Of a stretch of 64,000 nucleotides of DNA, positions 51,338 through 60,990 are shown in pieces. The translations under genes and the position numbers were made by a program. The notes under the pieces are model-generated. The model did no database searches. It saw nothing but the letters and a program-made list of their open reading frames with translations, and was not told the origin of the DNA. Position 1 is the first letter of the stretch. Every line of letters starts with the position of its first letter. This DNA is from a virus: the IMG/VR virus record IMGVR_UViG_3300027977_000007; one strand, 5' to 3'.

Positions 51338-53179
51338 TTGATTAATTTAAATGACTTAAAAGGCCGTTCAGCAATTGATTTGTTGGAAAAATACGAAGGT
51401 ATTAATCCTTACATATTAAAACTTAAGAATGAATATATTAAAAATAAAAAAATATCTTTAACAGATAATCAGTCAGCCTATATAATAAAGAATAATAGTA
51501 GAGAACCAGAATATCTTAATCGAGTTATTGGCATAACCAAATACCTAGGTGAGGAACTTCAACGCCAACATGGTATATCATTTATACCAGAAAAGATTTT
51601 AATAGAATTTATTCTAGGTGAAAATGACAAATCTTTTCACATATATGGTAAATTAAGTAAAAATCAAAAAGAATCTAAGATGTATTGGATTCCAAAGACA
51701 CAATTGGTTGATGACCCATACTTTGAGGATATAAAGGTAGATGTAGATTTTACCAAATATAATGAGATTCTAGGCAAGTATGGTAAAAAGCTATATCAAC
51801 ACCAAGAAGATGGTGTTAAATTTTTATTATCAAGAAAAAACTGTATATTAGCTGACGATATGGGTTTGGGAAAAACAAACCAAGCAATAATCGGGGCCTT
51901 AGAAAGTGGGGCTAAAAAAATATTAATAGTCTCACCATCTTCAGCCAAGATTAATTGGGAACGAGAAATAAATGTTTTTTGTGATGATACAACTATAATA
52001 GAAGGTAAAAAATGGTCTAAAGCTAAATTTACGATAATAAATTATGATATCCTTAAGAATTTTCATACACTAGATGATGGTAAGAAACCAAAGGATGGTG
52101 AAGAACCAAAGAAATTAAATAGAGAATTAGCAAATGCTGGATTTGATTTGATAATAGTTGACGAAGCACATTATCTAAAAAATAATGATAGTATTAGAGG
52201 TAAGATAATGGTTGAATTAGTTGAAAAACATGGTATTCCAAATGTTTGGCTATTAACTGGTACACCAGTAGCTAATAGACCTATGGATTTCTTTAACCTA
52301 CTTAAGCTTATCAAGTCTAAGTTGGCAGAAAATTGGAAACATTATGCCGTTAGGTATTGTGATGCTAAAAAGATGTATAGAACACTTAAGAATGGTCAGA
52401 AAAAACAAATTTGGATAACAGATGGTGCTTCTAACTTGGATGAGCTATCTACCAAGACCAAAAACATAATTCTTAGGCGATATAAAACCGAAGTATTAGA
52501 TATGCCAGATAAGGTAGTGACACCATCATATTATCGTCTAGACTCTAAGGCTAGAAAAGAATATGATGCCTTATGGGAAGAATATTTAGAAAAACGTATT
52601 CTTGACGGTAAAAAGAATGGTAACATACAAAAAGACCTAGTTGAATTAATACTATTGCGACAATTTATTGCGGCTGCTGCAATACCCTATACTATTGAAA
52701 TGGTTGAAAATGCAATAGAAATGGGTCGTAAGGTAATTATATTTACAAGCTTTACTGAAGAATTAGAAATACTATCACAGCACTTTGGTAAACTATCGGT
52801 AAAGCACAACGGCCCAATGTCCACCACTCAGAAACAAAAATCAGTAGATGAGTTTCAAAATAATCCAAAGGTCAAGGTATTTATTGGTAACATAGATTCA
52901 GCTGGTGTGGCTATAACTCTAACTGAAGCAACTGTTGTGATATTTAATTCATTTTCTTGGGTGACTGGAAATAATGAACAAGCTGAAGACCGTGCATTCC
53001 GTATTGGACAAAAGAATAATGTTAACGTTTATTATCAATTATTTGAAGGAACGATTTCAACTAGAATGTGGGAGACACTTAAGAATAAACAATTAGTTAT
53101 TAGTACAATCTTAGGTGAAAGGAAGGATAAAAATGAAACTGAACTAATAATGGATAACATACTTAATACAGAAGAATAA
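51338..53179 (+). CDS. SNF2-family (HARP/SMARCAL1-like) helicase
   Basis: ILADDMGLGKT, IVDEAH, LTGTP..NRP, QAEDRAFRIGQ; TTG start. Confidence 0.92.
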   Translation: MINLNDLKGRSAIDLLEKYEGINPYILKLKNEYIKNKKISLTDNQSAYIIKNNSREPEYLNRVIGITKYLGEELQRQHGISFIPEKILIEFILGENDKSFHIYGKLSKNQKESKMYWIPKTQLVDDPYFEDIKVDVDFTKYNEILGKYGKKLYQHQEDGVKFLLSRKNCILADDMGLGKTNQAIIGALESGAKKILIVSPSSAKINWEREINVFCDDTTIIEGKKWSKAKFTIINYDILKNFHTLDDGKKPKDGEEPKKLNRELANAGFDLIIVDEAHYLKNNDSIRGKIMVELVEKHGIPNVWLLTGTPVANRPMDFFNLLKLIKSKLAENWKHYAVRYCDAKKMYRTLKNGQKKQIWITDGASNLDELSTKTKNIILRRYKTEVLDMPDKVVTPSYYRLDSKARKEYDALWEEYLEKRILDGKKNGNIQKDLVELILLRQFIAAAAIPYTIEMVENAIEMGRKVIIFTSFTEELEILSQHFGKLSVKHNGPMSTTQKQKSVDEFQNNPKVKVFIGNIDSAGVAITLTEATVVIFNSFSWVTGNNEQAEDRAFRIGQKNNVNVYYQLFEGTISTRMWETLKNKQLVISTILGERKDKNETELIMDNILNTEE

Positions 53180-53190
53180 AATTAATTAAA

Positions 53191-53445
53191 ATGGTTACAA
53201 TATACACGATATCTGAATGCCCGTACTGTACAGAATTAAAAGATATTTTAACGTCTAATGGTATTGAATACATTGATGTTAATGTTGAATTGCCAGAGAA
53301 TGAGGCTACGTATAATAAGATTCATGACTTAACTAAGTCAGACCAAGTTCCGATTATAAGGGTTGGTAATCAATTATTGGTACCAAATGTATCCTTCAAT
53401 ACAATTAAAGATGCTGGCAATATAATTAAAAAATTATTAGGTTAA
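53191..53445 (+). CDS. Glutaredoxin (probable RNR reductant)
   Basis: YT..CPYC and QVP motifs. Confidence 0.88.
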   Translation: MVTIYTISECPYCTELKDILTSNGIEYIDVNVELPENEATYNKIHDLTKSDQVPIIRVGNQLLVPNVSFNTIKDAGNIIKKLLG

Positions 53446-53481
53446 TACTATTTTATTGATATTTATAAATAAATAGAAATT

Positions 53482-54621
53482 ATGCCAGTAAGTACAGATG
53501 AAAGAGAAAAACTATTTACGCAATTTAGGCACTCACTTGGTGCACCAACACGTGCCGTTGAATTAACTGATGAACAACTTTGTACACTACTTGAGATATC
53601 AATAGAAGATTACGCTCAATATGTACAAGAATGGTTGATTGAACACCAATGGCAATCATTGTTAGGACAAAGTATTTCAACAACAGATATGTCTTTTGCT
53701 CTTAGTGTTCGAACACTTGATTATGTACAACAATCAACATATGCTTATTCTAAGCAAGTTGGATTACAAACAAATGGTCCATGGGAGTTAAAAAAAGACT
53801 ATGTTGAATTAGAAGCTGGTAGACAAGTTTATCAAATACCAGCTGGTCGTGAGGTTAATGAGGTATTATGGATAACTCCACCACCAACTAGTCAAGCCTT
53901 ATTAGCAAATTTTGGTGGTATTGACTATGGGTTCGGTGGTGGCTTTGCACAAACAGGTGCTGGCGTAAATGGTGGTTCTGGTCTTGGTGCTAGGGGTTAT
54001 TATATAGCTCCAGCATTTGATATATTATTAACCGCTTCTGATATGAACTTAAAAAATAGGATTGTTAGAAGTGAATTGGTGTATAAGATAACTGCTGGAC
54101 CAAATGGTACAAAATTGTTACATTTGTTATCCGTTCCAGGTTCTAAGTTTTCTTTTGGACAAGGTATTGGTGGTCTAGGTAATAACGTAAACATGACAGG
54201 TTCTCATGTTTGGTATTTTTATTATGATACGGTACCTGAAAATATTGACGATTGTTTGAGAGACAATCCAGATATCATCAAGATGCCAAACCAAGTTCCA
54301 TTATCAAAGTTAGATTATTCAGATTTTAATGAACCAACAAAAACACTAATAAGACAATTATTCATTGCTGAAGGTAAAAGAACCCTAGGTAGAGTACGTG
54401 GTAAATTTGGTGGGATTGTAGGGCCACCAGAGGCCGAAAGGACTATGGACTATGATACACTACTAAGTGAGGGTAATGAAGAGCGTAGAGCCGTCTTAGA
54501 ACGCTTAGACACTAGGTTATTAAGATTATCTACAACCAGTCAATTAGAACGAGCAGCTAACGAAGCTGAATATCTAAATAGAGCTTTAAAATTCCAACCA
54601 ATGGGATTCTGGGTATTCTAA
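53482..54621 (+). CDS. Neck / head-tail adaptor (T4 gp13-like)
   Basis: LGAP...VELTDEQL, LGRVRGKF, L..EG..E...L; late motif upstream. Confidence 0.75.
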   Translation: MPVSTDEREKLFTQFRHSLGAPTRAVELTDEQLCTLLEISIEDYAQYVQEWLIEHQWQSLLGQSISTTDMSFALSVRTLDYVQQSTYAYSKQVGLQTNGPWELKKDYVELEAGRQVYQIPAGREVNEVLWITPPPTSQALLANFGGIDYGFGGGFAQTGAGVNGGSGLGARGYYIAPAFDILLTASDMNLKNRIVRSELVYKITAGPNGTKLLHLLSVPGSKFSFGQGIGGLGNNVNMTGSHVWYFYYDTVPENIDDCLRDNPDIIKMPNQVPLSKLDYSDFNEPTKTLIRQLFIAEGKRTLGRVRGKFGGIVGPPEAERTMDYDTLLSEGNEERRAVLERLDTRLLRLSTTSQLERAANEAEYLNRALKFQPMGFWVF

Positions 54622-54657
54622 AAATTAAAAGAGGGGAAATTTCCCCTCTTTTAATTT
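54622..54657. terminator. Bidirectional terminator between convergent neck and polymerase genes
   Basis: aattaaaagaggggaa/ttcccctcttttaatt inverted repeat. Confidence 0.85.
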
Positions 54658-57600
54658 AAAATGGCCAACCATCGTCAATAACTTCTATTGTTGGTATTAC
54701 AATAGGTTCGTAGTCATCAGGTCTTTCAGCATATGTATCATCAAACTCATCTTCTAAGATAATTGATTCATCATTTTCAGCATCATTTTCAGCATCATCT
54801 TCAACATCATTTTCAGCATCATCCTCAGCATCATTTTCAGCATCATCCTCAGCAACCTTTTTTATTTTATTTGTGTTGATACCTTGATTAGCTTTTTCAC
54901 TTAGCAATTTAGCAACAACAGTTGCATCTACCAATGTTATCTCATCGGTATCTATGTTTATGGTTTCGCCAGACATAACCAATTGCTGATTAGTGTAATC
55001 AAGCCAAGCATCATACCTATCAACGCTTTCATTATTGGTTAGATTATAATAATGATTACGTCTTATAGCATCTTCTTCATATTTAAAGATATCATTTACA
55101 TGTGCTAAAACTTCACCCCATTTTCTAGAAACTAAATTACCTAAGCCATCGGTAGATATATCGGCAATGATAAAGATATCGATAGTTAATAAACCCTTAT
55201 TTGTAACATCGCTAAGTTCTTTAACTTCCAATCTTTTAAATAAATAATCTAATTTATTTTTTTCTTCTTCGATACTTTCAGCTCTAAACTTAGCCATTCT
55301 ATTATGATAATCGGACCTTATAGTGTCCCATTCATCTTGTGTCATATAGTTAGGCAACTTATCAACCTTATCCCAGAACTTAATCTCTTTATCTTCCATA
55401 CGCATAAGGTCAGCGTATGAATCTTGGTCACCAACATTAAACGGCATACCTGAAACCAATTCACATTCTTGCTTTGTGTAAACAGTACGCTCTTTTAATT
55501 TTTCAGTAACAATCTTTGTTTGTTTGTCTTTAGTTTTTATTATAGATAGAAGTATATTTTTTCTTACTTCTGGGTTAAAGCACACCAATAACGGCTTAAC
55601 CTTATTATTAAAGGTCTCTAGGTATTTAGGAACGTTATACTCATCAGTATGCAATTCGGTTTCAATTTCTGCAATCCTATTTTCGATAGCTACCTTATCA
55701 TCATCAGAATCCCCATCAATAGCAAGCAAGGCTTTTTTAAGAAGTTCAAGTTCTTTAATTATTTCGAAGTCATGTTCAACAACAGCTGGGTCAATTAATT
55801 TACAATTTAATTCAGTAACCTTATCCACTGGTGGATAAAAACCATTAGCTGCAAAAAATGCATCCCTTGCTTTCTTGGTCATTTTATTTTTATCAATTGT
55901 TTTCAAATCACCTTGACCTTTTGAATTACCAGTATTAATATAATATAAGGTATCACCTAGTGTTATATTAAGACCACCTAGGATTGCTAATTCCATATGT
56001 GCTTGTTTAGGCATAGGGTTACCAGCCTTATTCTTCATTGAAGCTTTCTTACGATAATCAGATAATGTAGTCTTAACCCTAGATTTATTGGCCATCTTAA
56101 CCAATGGTATTTGATAATTATATATCTTATCAACATATCCATAATAATAGTTAATAAATGACTGTCCATCACCATCTAATAACATACGTATAGCCTTAGC
56201 TAGAAAATCTTCGATAAACACAGGCATCTTCTTAGACTTAATGGAGTTACCGACTAGCTTAATTTTACCATTTATGTCATTTGCATAGTTCTTACGAGCA
56301 AAATTAATGGTTGAACGACAAATGTCGTCAATATCTAATCCCATACGACCTTCCATATAGTTTTCATTAAACTCAGCTAATACAGCATCCAATCCAATTA
56401 ATTCTTTGCCAGCATCCTTGGTTGTTTTCCAATGACTACCTCTAGCGACATATTTAATATCATCGATATTTGATGGGAAAGCAAAGTTAAAGCCATCAGT
56501 ATCACCAACCAAAGGTTTAAAGCCATGCTTTTCAGTAAAATGTCTAACCATAAGTCTTAAGGCTTGTCTACCACGACAAGTTGTTTCTTCAGCTGAATCA
56601 GTATCACCCCAATTAAAGATATATGGTGCACCATATGAACCAAACCATGAGTTGGCTAGGATTTTAAGTGGTAATTGCTTTTTATCGTATAGATTCGATA
56701 GACTTTTATACTCAGCAATCTTAGCTTCCACCTCAGAAATTTCTGAAGGGGTCATATTACTTCTATTTTTCTTTAATTCATCCGATAATTTATTGGCTTT
56801 TTTCTTTTCGCTACCAGTTAAATTTTTAAAGTGGTCCCTAGTATCAACAACATAAGTTAATATACCACGCATTACACCAGATATATCTAAGTCAGGGAAT
56901 ATTCCCCACGTTAATTGAATCTTAGGGTACAATGCAGCATAATCTAACTTAGCTACATCCTTAGCATAACCAATCTCTAATAGCCTTGATAAACCACCAG
57001 TAAATTCACGTTTTTGTTGTGTTTCTGGTATAGCTAACCCATTTTGGTACGACCAAGCAGACATTATTAATTTCCATTGACCAGCAGTACCCATTGTTGA
57101 TGAACGCATGAATGTTGTTGGTAATATCTTAGATATTAAGAATGAAGCTTGGTTAAATAGGTTATCAATTTGCTCTGTTTCCCATAAGTCATCGCATAGA
57201 TAACGTTGGACAATATAAGCACCAGTAGTTATAACATAGTTTGGCTTCAGATTAGCTTTTTCAGTTATCTTATACCAATCACCGTTGGTATTATTAAAGG
57301 CATACTGGTTAACCTTATCGGCCCAAATCAGACTAATCTTATCACCAGCAACATAAACACGGTTTGGCTTTGCTATTTCGGAATACTGAGTGATATATTT
57401 CAATCCCCAACTCTTAATCTCAGAGTTAATAGCCATGGCTCTTCTTACAGCGTGGGATATATCCAAGATATTATAACCATACATATGTGTTTGGTTATAA
57501 TGCTCTATTTCAGAACCCAACTTAAGCGTTGCTGATTTACGTTTAATCTTAGATATTCGATTAAGTGTAATTGCTAGCTCTGTTATATCCATACCAAGCC

Positions 57601-58363
57601 TTTCAGCACGGTCAAATAGATAAGGCCAGTCAAAGTTTTCTGAATTATAACCAGCTATTATATCTGGCTTTATCATATCGATAATTCTAAAGAATTTTGC
57701 GATATTTTCACGCTCACTATCTCGCTTATCCGATAATGTATTACCAATGCTCTCCAAGATATGTTCAATACCTCTATTATCCCTAACACCAATTTGTGTG
57801 ATAGCGTGTTTAGAAGCAAATAATCCTTCAGTTTCTAAGTCAAATTGAAAACGATGTAAGTCAGAGTAATCATCAATACCCTTAAATAATCTCTTACCAG
57901 ATTGTATTAAAAATTGCTCAGTTGGGCTAAACAATATAAACATCTTGTAGTTCTCTTTATCGAAGACATCAATACCGCCATCCTTAAAAAAGCTAATTAG
58001 TCTGTTATATGATTGGCTACACTTAGCAATGAATTTGTAACCATTTTCCATACGTGGCGGTACATACCCCTCATCATTATGGGTTCTTAATTTTTTAATT
58101 GTAACACCGTACTTATCACGAGCTTCAATTATTTTCATTCGATTCCCACCATACATAATCTTAGTTACATCTTCTTTAAACCAAATAAATGGTTCGTAAT
58201 GAGCAACTCGTTGGTATTTAGGTCTTGCTGGGTCATTGATGACCAAGGTAACATTATTCGTATGGTATTCGGATTCAACAGCTACGATATATTTTTCTGG
58301 GTCTGAACCCTGTAAAAATTGTTCAATTTGCTCGTTGGATAGGGTAGTTTTAGTTTGCGCCAT
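54656..58363 (-). CDS. Family B DNA polymerase with long C-terminal extension
   Basis: ExoI FDLET, ExoII GYNSENFD, DYAALYP, KILANSWFG, VGDTDG. Confidence 0.93.
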   Translation of the reverse strand: MAQTKTTLSNEQIEQFLQGSDPEKYIVAVESEYHTNNVTLVINDPARPKYQRVAHYEPFIWFKEDVTKIMYGGNRMKIIEARDKYGVTIKKLRTHNDEGYVPPRMENGYKFIAKCSQSYNRLISFFKDGGIDVFDKENYKMFILFSPTEQFLIQSGKRLFKGIDDYSDLHRFQFDLETEGLFASKHAITQIGVRDNRGIEHILESIGNTLSDKRDSERENIAKFFRIIDMIKPDIIAGYNSENFDWPYLFDRAERLGMDITELAITLNRISKIKRKSATLKLGSEIEHYNQTHMYGYNILDISHAVRRAMAINSEIKSWGLKYITQYSEIAKPNRVYVAGDKISLIWADKVNQYAFNNTNGDWYKITEKANLKPNYVITTGAYIVQRYLCDDLWETEQIDNLFNQASFLISKILPTTFMRSSTMGTAGQWKLIMSAWSYQNGLAIPETQQKREFTGGLSRLLEIGYAKDVAKLDYAALYPKIQLTWGIFPDLDISGVMRGILTYVVDTRDHFKNLTGSEKKKANKLSDELKKNRSNMTPSEISEVEAKIAEYKSLSNLYDKKQLPLKILANSWFGSYGAPYIFNWGDTDSAEETTCRGRQALRLMVRHFTEKHGFKPLVGDTDGFNFAFPSNIDDIKYVARGSHWKTTKDAGKELIGLDAVLAEFNENYMEGRMGLDIDDICRSTINFARKNYANDINGKIKLVGNSIKSKKMPVFIEDFLAKAIRMLLDGDGQSFINYYYGYVDKIYNYQIPLVKMANKSRVKTTLSDYRKKASMKNKAGNPMPKQAHMELAILGGLNITLGDTLYYINTGNSKGQGDLKTIDKNKMTKKARDAFFAANGFYPPVDKVTELNCKLIDPAVVEHDFEIIKELELLKKALLAIDGDSDDDKVAIENRIAEIETELHTDEYNVPKYLETFNNKVKPLLVCFNPEVRKNILLSIIKTKDKQTKIVTEKLKERTVYTKQECELVSGMPFNVGDQDSYADLMRMEDKEIKFWDKVDKLPNYMTQDEWDTIRSDYHNRMAKFRAESIEEEKNKLDYLFKRLEVKELSDVTNKGLLTIDIFIIADISTDGLGNLVSRKWGEVLAHVNDIFKYEEDAIRRNHYYNLTNNESVDRYDAWLDYTNQQLVMSGETINIDTDEITLVDATVVAKLLSEKANQGINTNKIKKVAEDDAENDAEDDAENDVEDDAENDAENDESIILEDEFDDTYAERPDDYEPIVIPTIEVIDDGWPF
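54770..54854 (-). repeat. 12-bp tandem repeat (7 units) in the polymerase tail
   Basis: Encodes AEDD-AEND-AEDD-AEND-VEDD-AEND-AEND. Confidence 0.85.
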
Positions 58364-58376
58364 ATTATTTTTTTTA

Positions 58377-58474
58377 CAAAACTACGTATATTTTTACTAT
58401 TAAACAAGTAGAATGGCTAAATATTTTTTAACTTTGTACGTTACAAAGTTACGAAAAGTTATTGAGATAAACAA
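58377..58474 (-). promoter_or_regulatory. Tandem Bacteroidota-type promoters for the polymerase
   Basis: TTGTTT-N17-TAGTTTTG (58407-58377) and TTGTTT-N17-TAACTTTG (58474-58444). Confidence 0.8.
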
Positions 58475-58484
58475 GTAGGATTAA

Positions 58485-58856
58485 TTATTTTTTTATACCA
58501 TGGTCAAGTACCGTAACGTACAATGATTCACGTATAGGTACAATCAAGGTACCTGAACCGTCAAGAAACTCAATATCGAACTGTGCTACATATCTACCAG
58601 CCACAGATGTTTCTTTCTCAGTAAACTTATAAATCAAGTAGTATTCCTCACCAACACAACTCGCTGGTGTTACCAGTTGAACACCAGTAGATTTCTTGGC
58701 AATTCTTTTAACACCAGTAACCACATCACTCATGGTAAAATATATATCGGCATTCTGAATCAGCTCAAAAAACTTTTGAAAGTCATTTCGGCCATCACGA
58801 ATAAGTTCCAGTTTTAAAACTGGTAATGTTGAATTTTTGTTTATGAAGAATTCCAT
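58485..58856 (-). CDS. Small structural protein (BppU N-terminal-like)
   Basis: FFINKNSTLP.L...Y.F...T...G.Y.AQF.I.F.DG...IVP; late motif upstream. Confidence 0.5.
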   Translation of the reverse strand: MEFFINKNSTLPVLKLELIRDGRNDFQKFFELIQNADIYFTMSDVVTGVKRIAKKSTGVQLVTPASCVGEEYYLIYKFTEKETSVAGRYVAQFDIEFLDGSGTLIVPIRESLYVTVLDHGIKK

Positions 58857-58881
58857 ATTGTTTATAAATATCTTTAAATAA

Positions 58882-59028
58882 TTATTTAGACAGATAAAGC
58901 TCTAAAAATCTTGCTTGTACATCAGAATCAGTCCATTAATTTATTGTTTCATTGCCATTGATTGTTAAATCATCTGTAAAGGTAGGGTTTGTGTTAACAT
59001 TTAATTGTGAAATTTTTTTATTTGGCAT
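58882..59028 (-). pseudogene. Remnant of a fibre-like gene with an in-frame TAA
   Basis: MPNKKISQLNVNTNPTFTDDLTINGNETIN*WTDSDVQARFLELYLSK*; late motif upstream. Confidence 0.5.
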
Positions 59029-59174
59029 ACTTTAATTTAGTTTATAATAAATATATTAAACTAATATAAAACCTAAGAAATAAAAACGTTATTTAAAATT
59101 TATACCCAAACCATTCCATAACCACTTTGCTGCAACAATAAATAAGCGTCTTCTGTCAATATAAAATTGGTGTC

Positions 59175-60980
59175 TTAAATGCCATATCTAGGTGCACCAT
59201 TAACATAATTGTATTGAATATTAGCATAATTTAAATCACAAATATTAAATTTAAATTGTGATATACCACCAATAAAGGTACCACCAAAGTTTTCTTCTAT
59301 TGGTAAACCAGCATCTTTAGCATCTGGTCCATCAAAGGTTTGAGTTTCAATTAACCCCTGACTACCACCACCAATGCTTAAATTAAACGGCACACCAACT
59401 TGTTTTGATTTATATTCATTTAGACGTTTAGCCATATGTTCTGGGAAATCATTTACAACATATTTGAGCTTTGAATTAACATAAAACATTAACTTACCTA
59501 CCCGTTGACCTTTTGTTTCTAGTTCGCAATCAGTTAAATAATTTGTTACGTATCTAATAACAACATAAGACCACTCATTTGATGATACAATCCCTGCTTC
59601 AGAATAACCCTCTTGAATTGTAACGCCACTGGTATATATTCTTTCACCACTAGCATTTGTTGAACAATCACCAGTAACGGTTAACATTCTATAACCAATT
59701 TTTCCATCACTAGTTATCCTAAAACCTAAGGCATTGTCAATAATATCTAATCTGTAATCAACTTCAGTTTGAGGCTTGGTATTACCACTATAAGTCTCGA
59801 TGGTTTTATTACCAAAACCATCGTTAGGATTATCACAACAAGTACTAGCTGAATAAGTTGTACCTCGACCATATATTAAAAACGGATTAGTGTAATCTGA
59901 TATAACTTCAGCACTCTTGGCAACCGAAATACCCTTGCCATCGTAAGTATAAACTGTTTTGGTACCTAACCCATCAATACTGCCATGATAATATGAAGAA
60001 TAATGAGTATCAGTAGTTGTTGTTGTTGTTGTTCCTGTTGTGAATATAAAGCTATCTGTCGCACCAGTAAGTCTACTAGGACTAGCGTCATATGCTCTAC
60101 CATAAATCAAGAATTGATTTGTAATTAACTCTATTTCGATTTGTGGTGGGTCTAGAGGTATTGCGAAGCCATAATCACCAACAATCGAGACATCAGGTTC
60201 TTTTAATACCGTACAAAATGTGGTTACGGTACCAGTACATGCGGTTGTTGTTGCTGAACAAGCACTTAAACAACCAGTATTATTACCCTCAAATTGATTC
60301 CAAAACTTATTTTCGGCACGAGTACCCATATAGAAGAAGAAGCCAGCATTATTTGGATATGTATCATTTAATGTTGTACCAGTACTATCACAAATATCTT
60401 GAGGGTTTAACCAAAATTCGGCTGACCAAGCTTGGTTAACCCTAGTTGGCAATACTTCATAAGTACTTCCATCTATTTTATAATAACCTTGATAAAAACC
60501 ACCACAAAATTGAGTATAGTCACCTTCAGTACCACCAATAACTCGTTCTGTTGGATAAACATATGTATCAGTTGTGCCAGTAACTAAATGCATCATAAAT
60601 CTAGTCTCGCCAGATGGTATAATTAACGTGCTACCAGTCAATGCATCAACCAATGCATCATTTTTATAATCCAATGGGTCTTTTTCAAAGGTAACAAGAC
60701 CATTATCAATACCAGTCAAACCAATAGTATTAAAGGTATAACCAGTATTTACAGCATTATCCCAAGATACCAAGCTATAAATCGTTGAAGCCGTTGTAGC
60801 ACTATTTGGGTATATACTAACATTATCAAAGTCATACCAAACAACGAAACAATCACCAGAAGTTAAACCACCACTGGCTTGTATTGGGGTACTATCATTA
60901 GCTAAAAAGAAATCCCAATAATCGGAATTACTTAGTTTTAAATCTAACTTATTAAAATTAAAATTTTTTATGTTTACCAT
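59175..60980 (-). CDS. Virion protein with ConA/LamG-like fold
   Basis: WSAEFWL, NEWSYVVIRY, LMFYVNSKL, LSIGG, FIGGISQFKF. Confidence 0.6.
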   Translation of the reverse strand: MVNIKNFNFNKLDLKLSNSDYWDFFLANDSTPIQASGGLTSGDCFVVWYDFDNVSIYPNSATTASTIYSLVSWDNAVNTGYTFNTIGLTGIDNGLVTFEKDPLDYKNDALVDALTGSTLIIPSGETRFMMHLVTGTTDTYVYPTERVIGGTEGDYTQFCGGFYQGYYKIDGSTYEVLPTRVNQAWSAEFWLNPQDICDSTGTTLNDTYPNNAGFFFYMGTRAENKFWNQFEGNNTGCLSACSATTTACTGTVTTFCTVLKEPDVSIVGDYGFAIPLDPPQIEIELITNQFLIYGRAYDASPSRLTGATDSFIFTTGTTTTTTTDTHYSSYYHGSIDGLGTKTVYTYDGKGISVAKSAEVISDYTNPFLIYGRGTTYSASTCCDNPNDGFGNKTIETYSGNTKPQTEVDYRLDIIDNALGFRITSDGKIGYRMLTVTGDCSTNASGERIYTSGVTIQEGYSEAGIVSSNEWSYVVIRYVTNYLTDCELETKGQRVGKLMFYVNSKLKYVVNDFPEHMAKRLNEYKSKQVGVPFNLSIGGGSQGLIETQTFDGPDAKDAGLPIEENFGGTFIGGISQFKFNICDLNYANIQYNYVNGAPRYGI

Positions 60981-60990
60981 GACTTTTTTG

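Noticed and set aside
51338-58363. Eukaryotic giant virus origin (PolB, SNF2, RNR)
   Set aside because: Contractile tail genes, bacterial promoters, rho-independent terminators and peptidoglycan hydrolases indicate a bacteriophage
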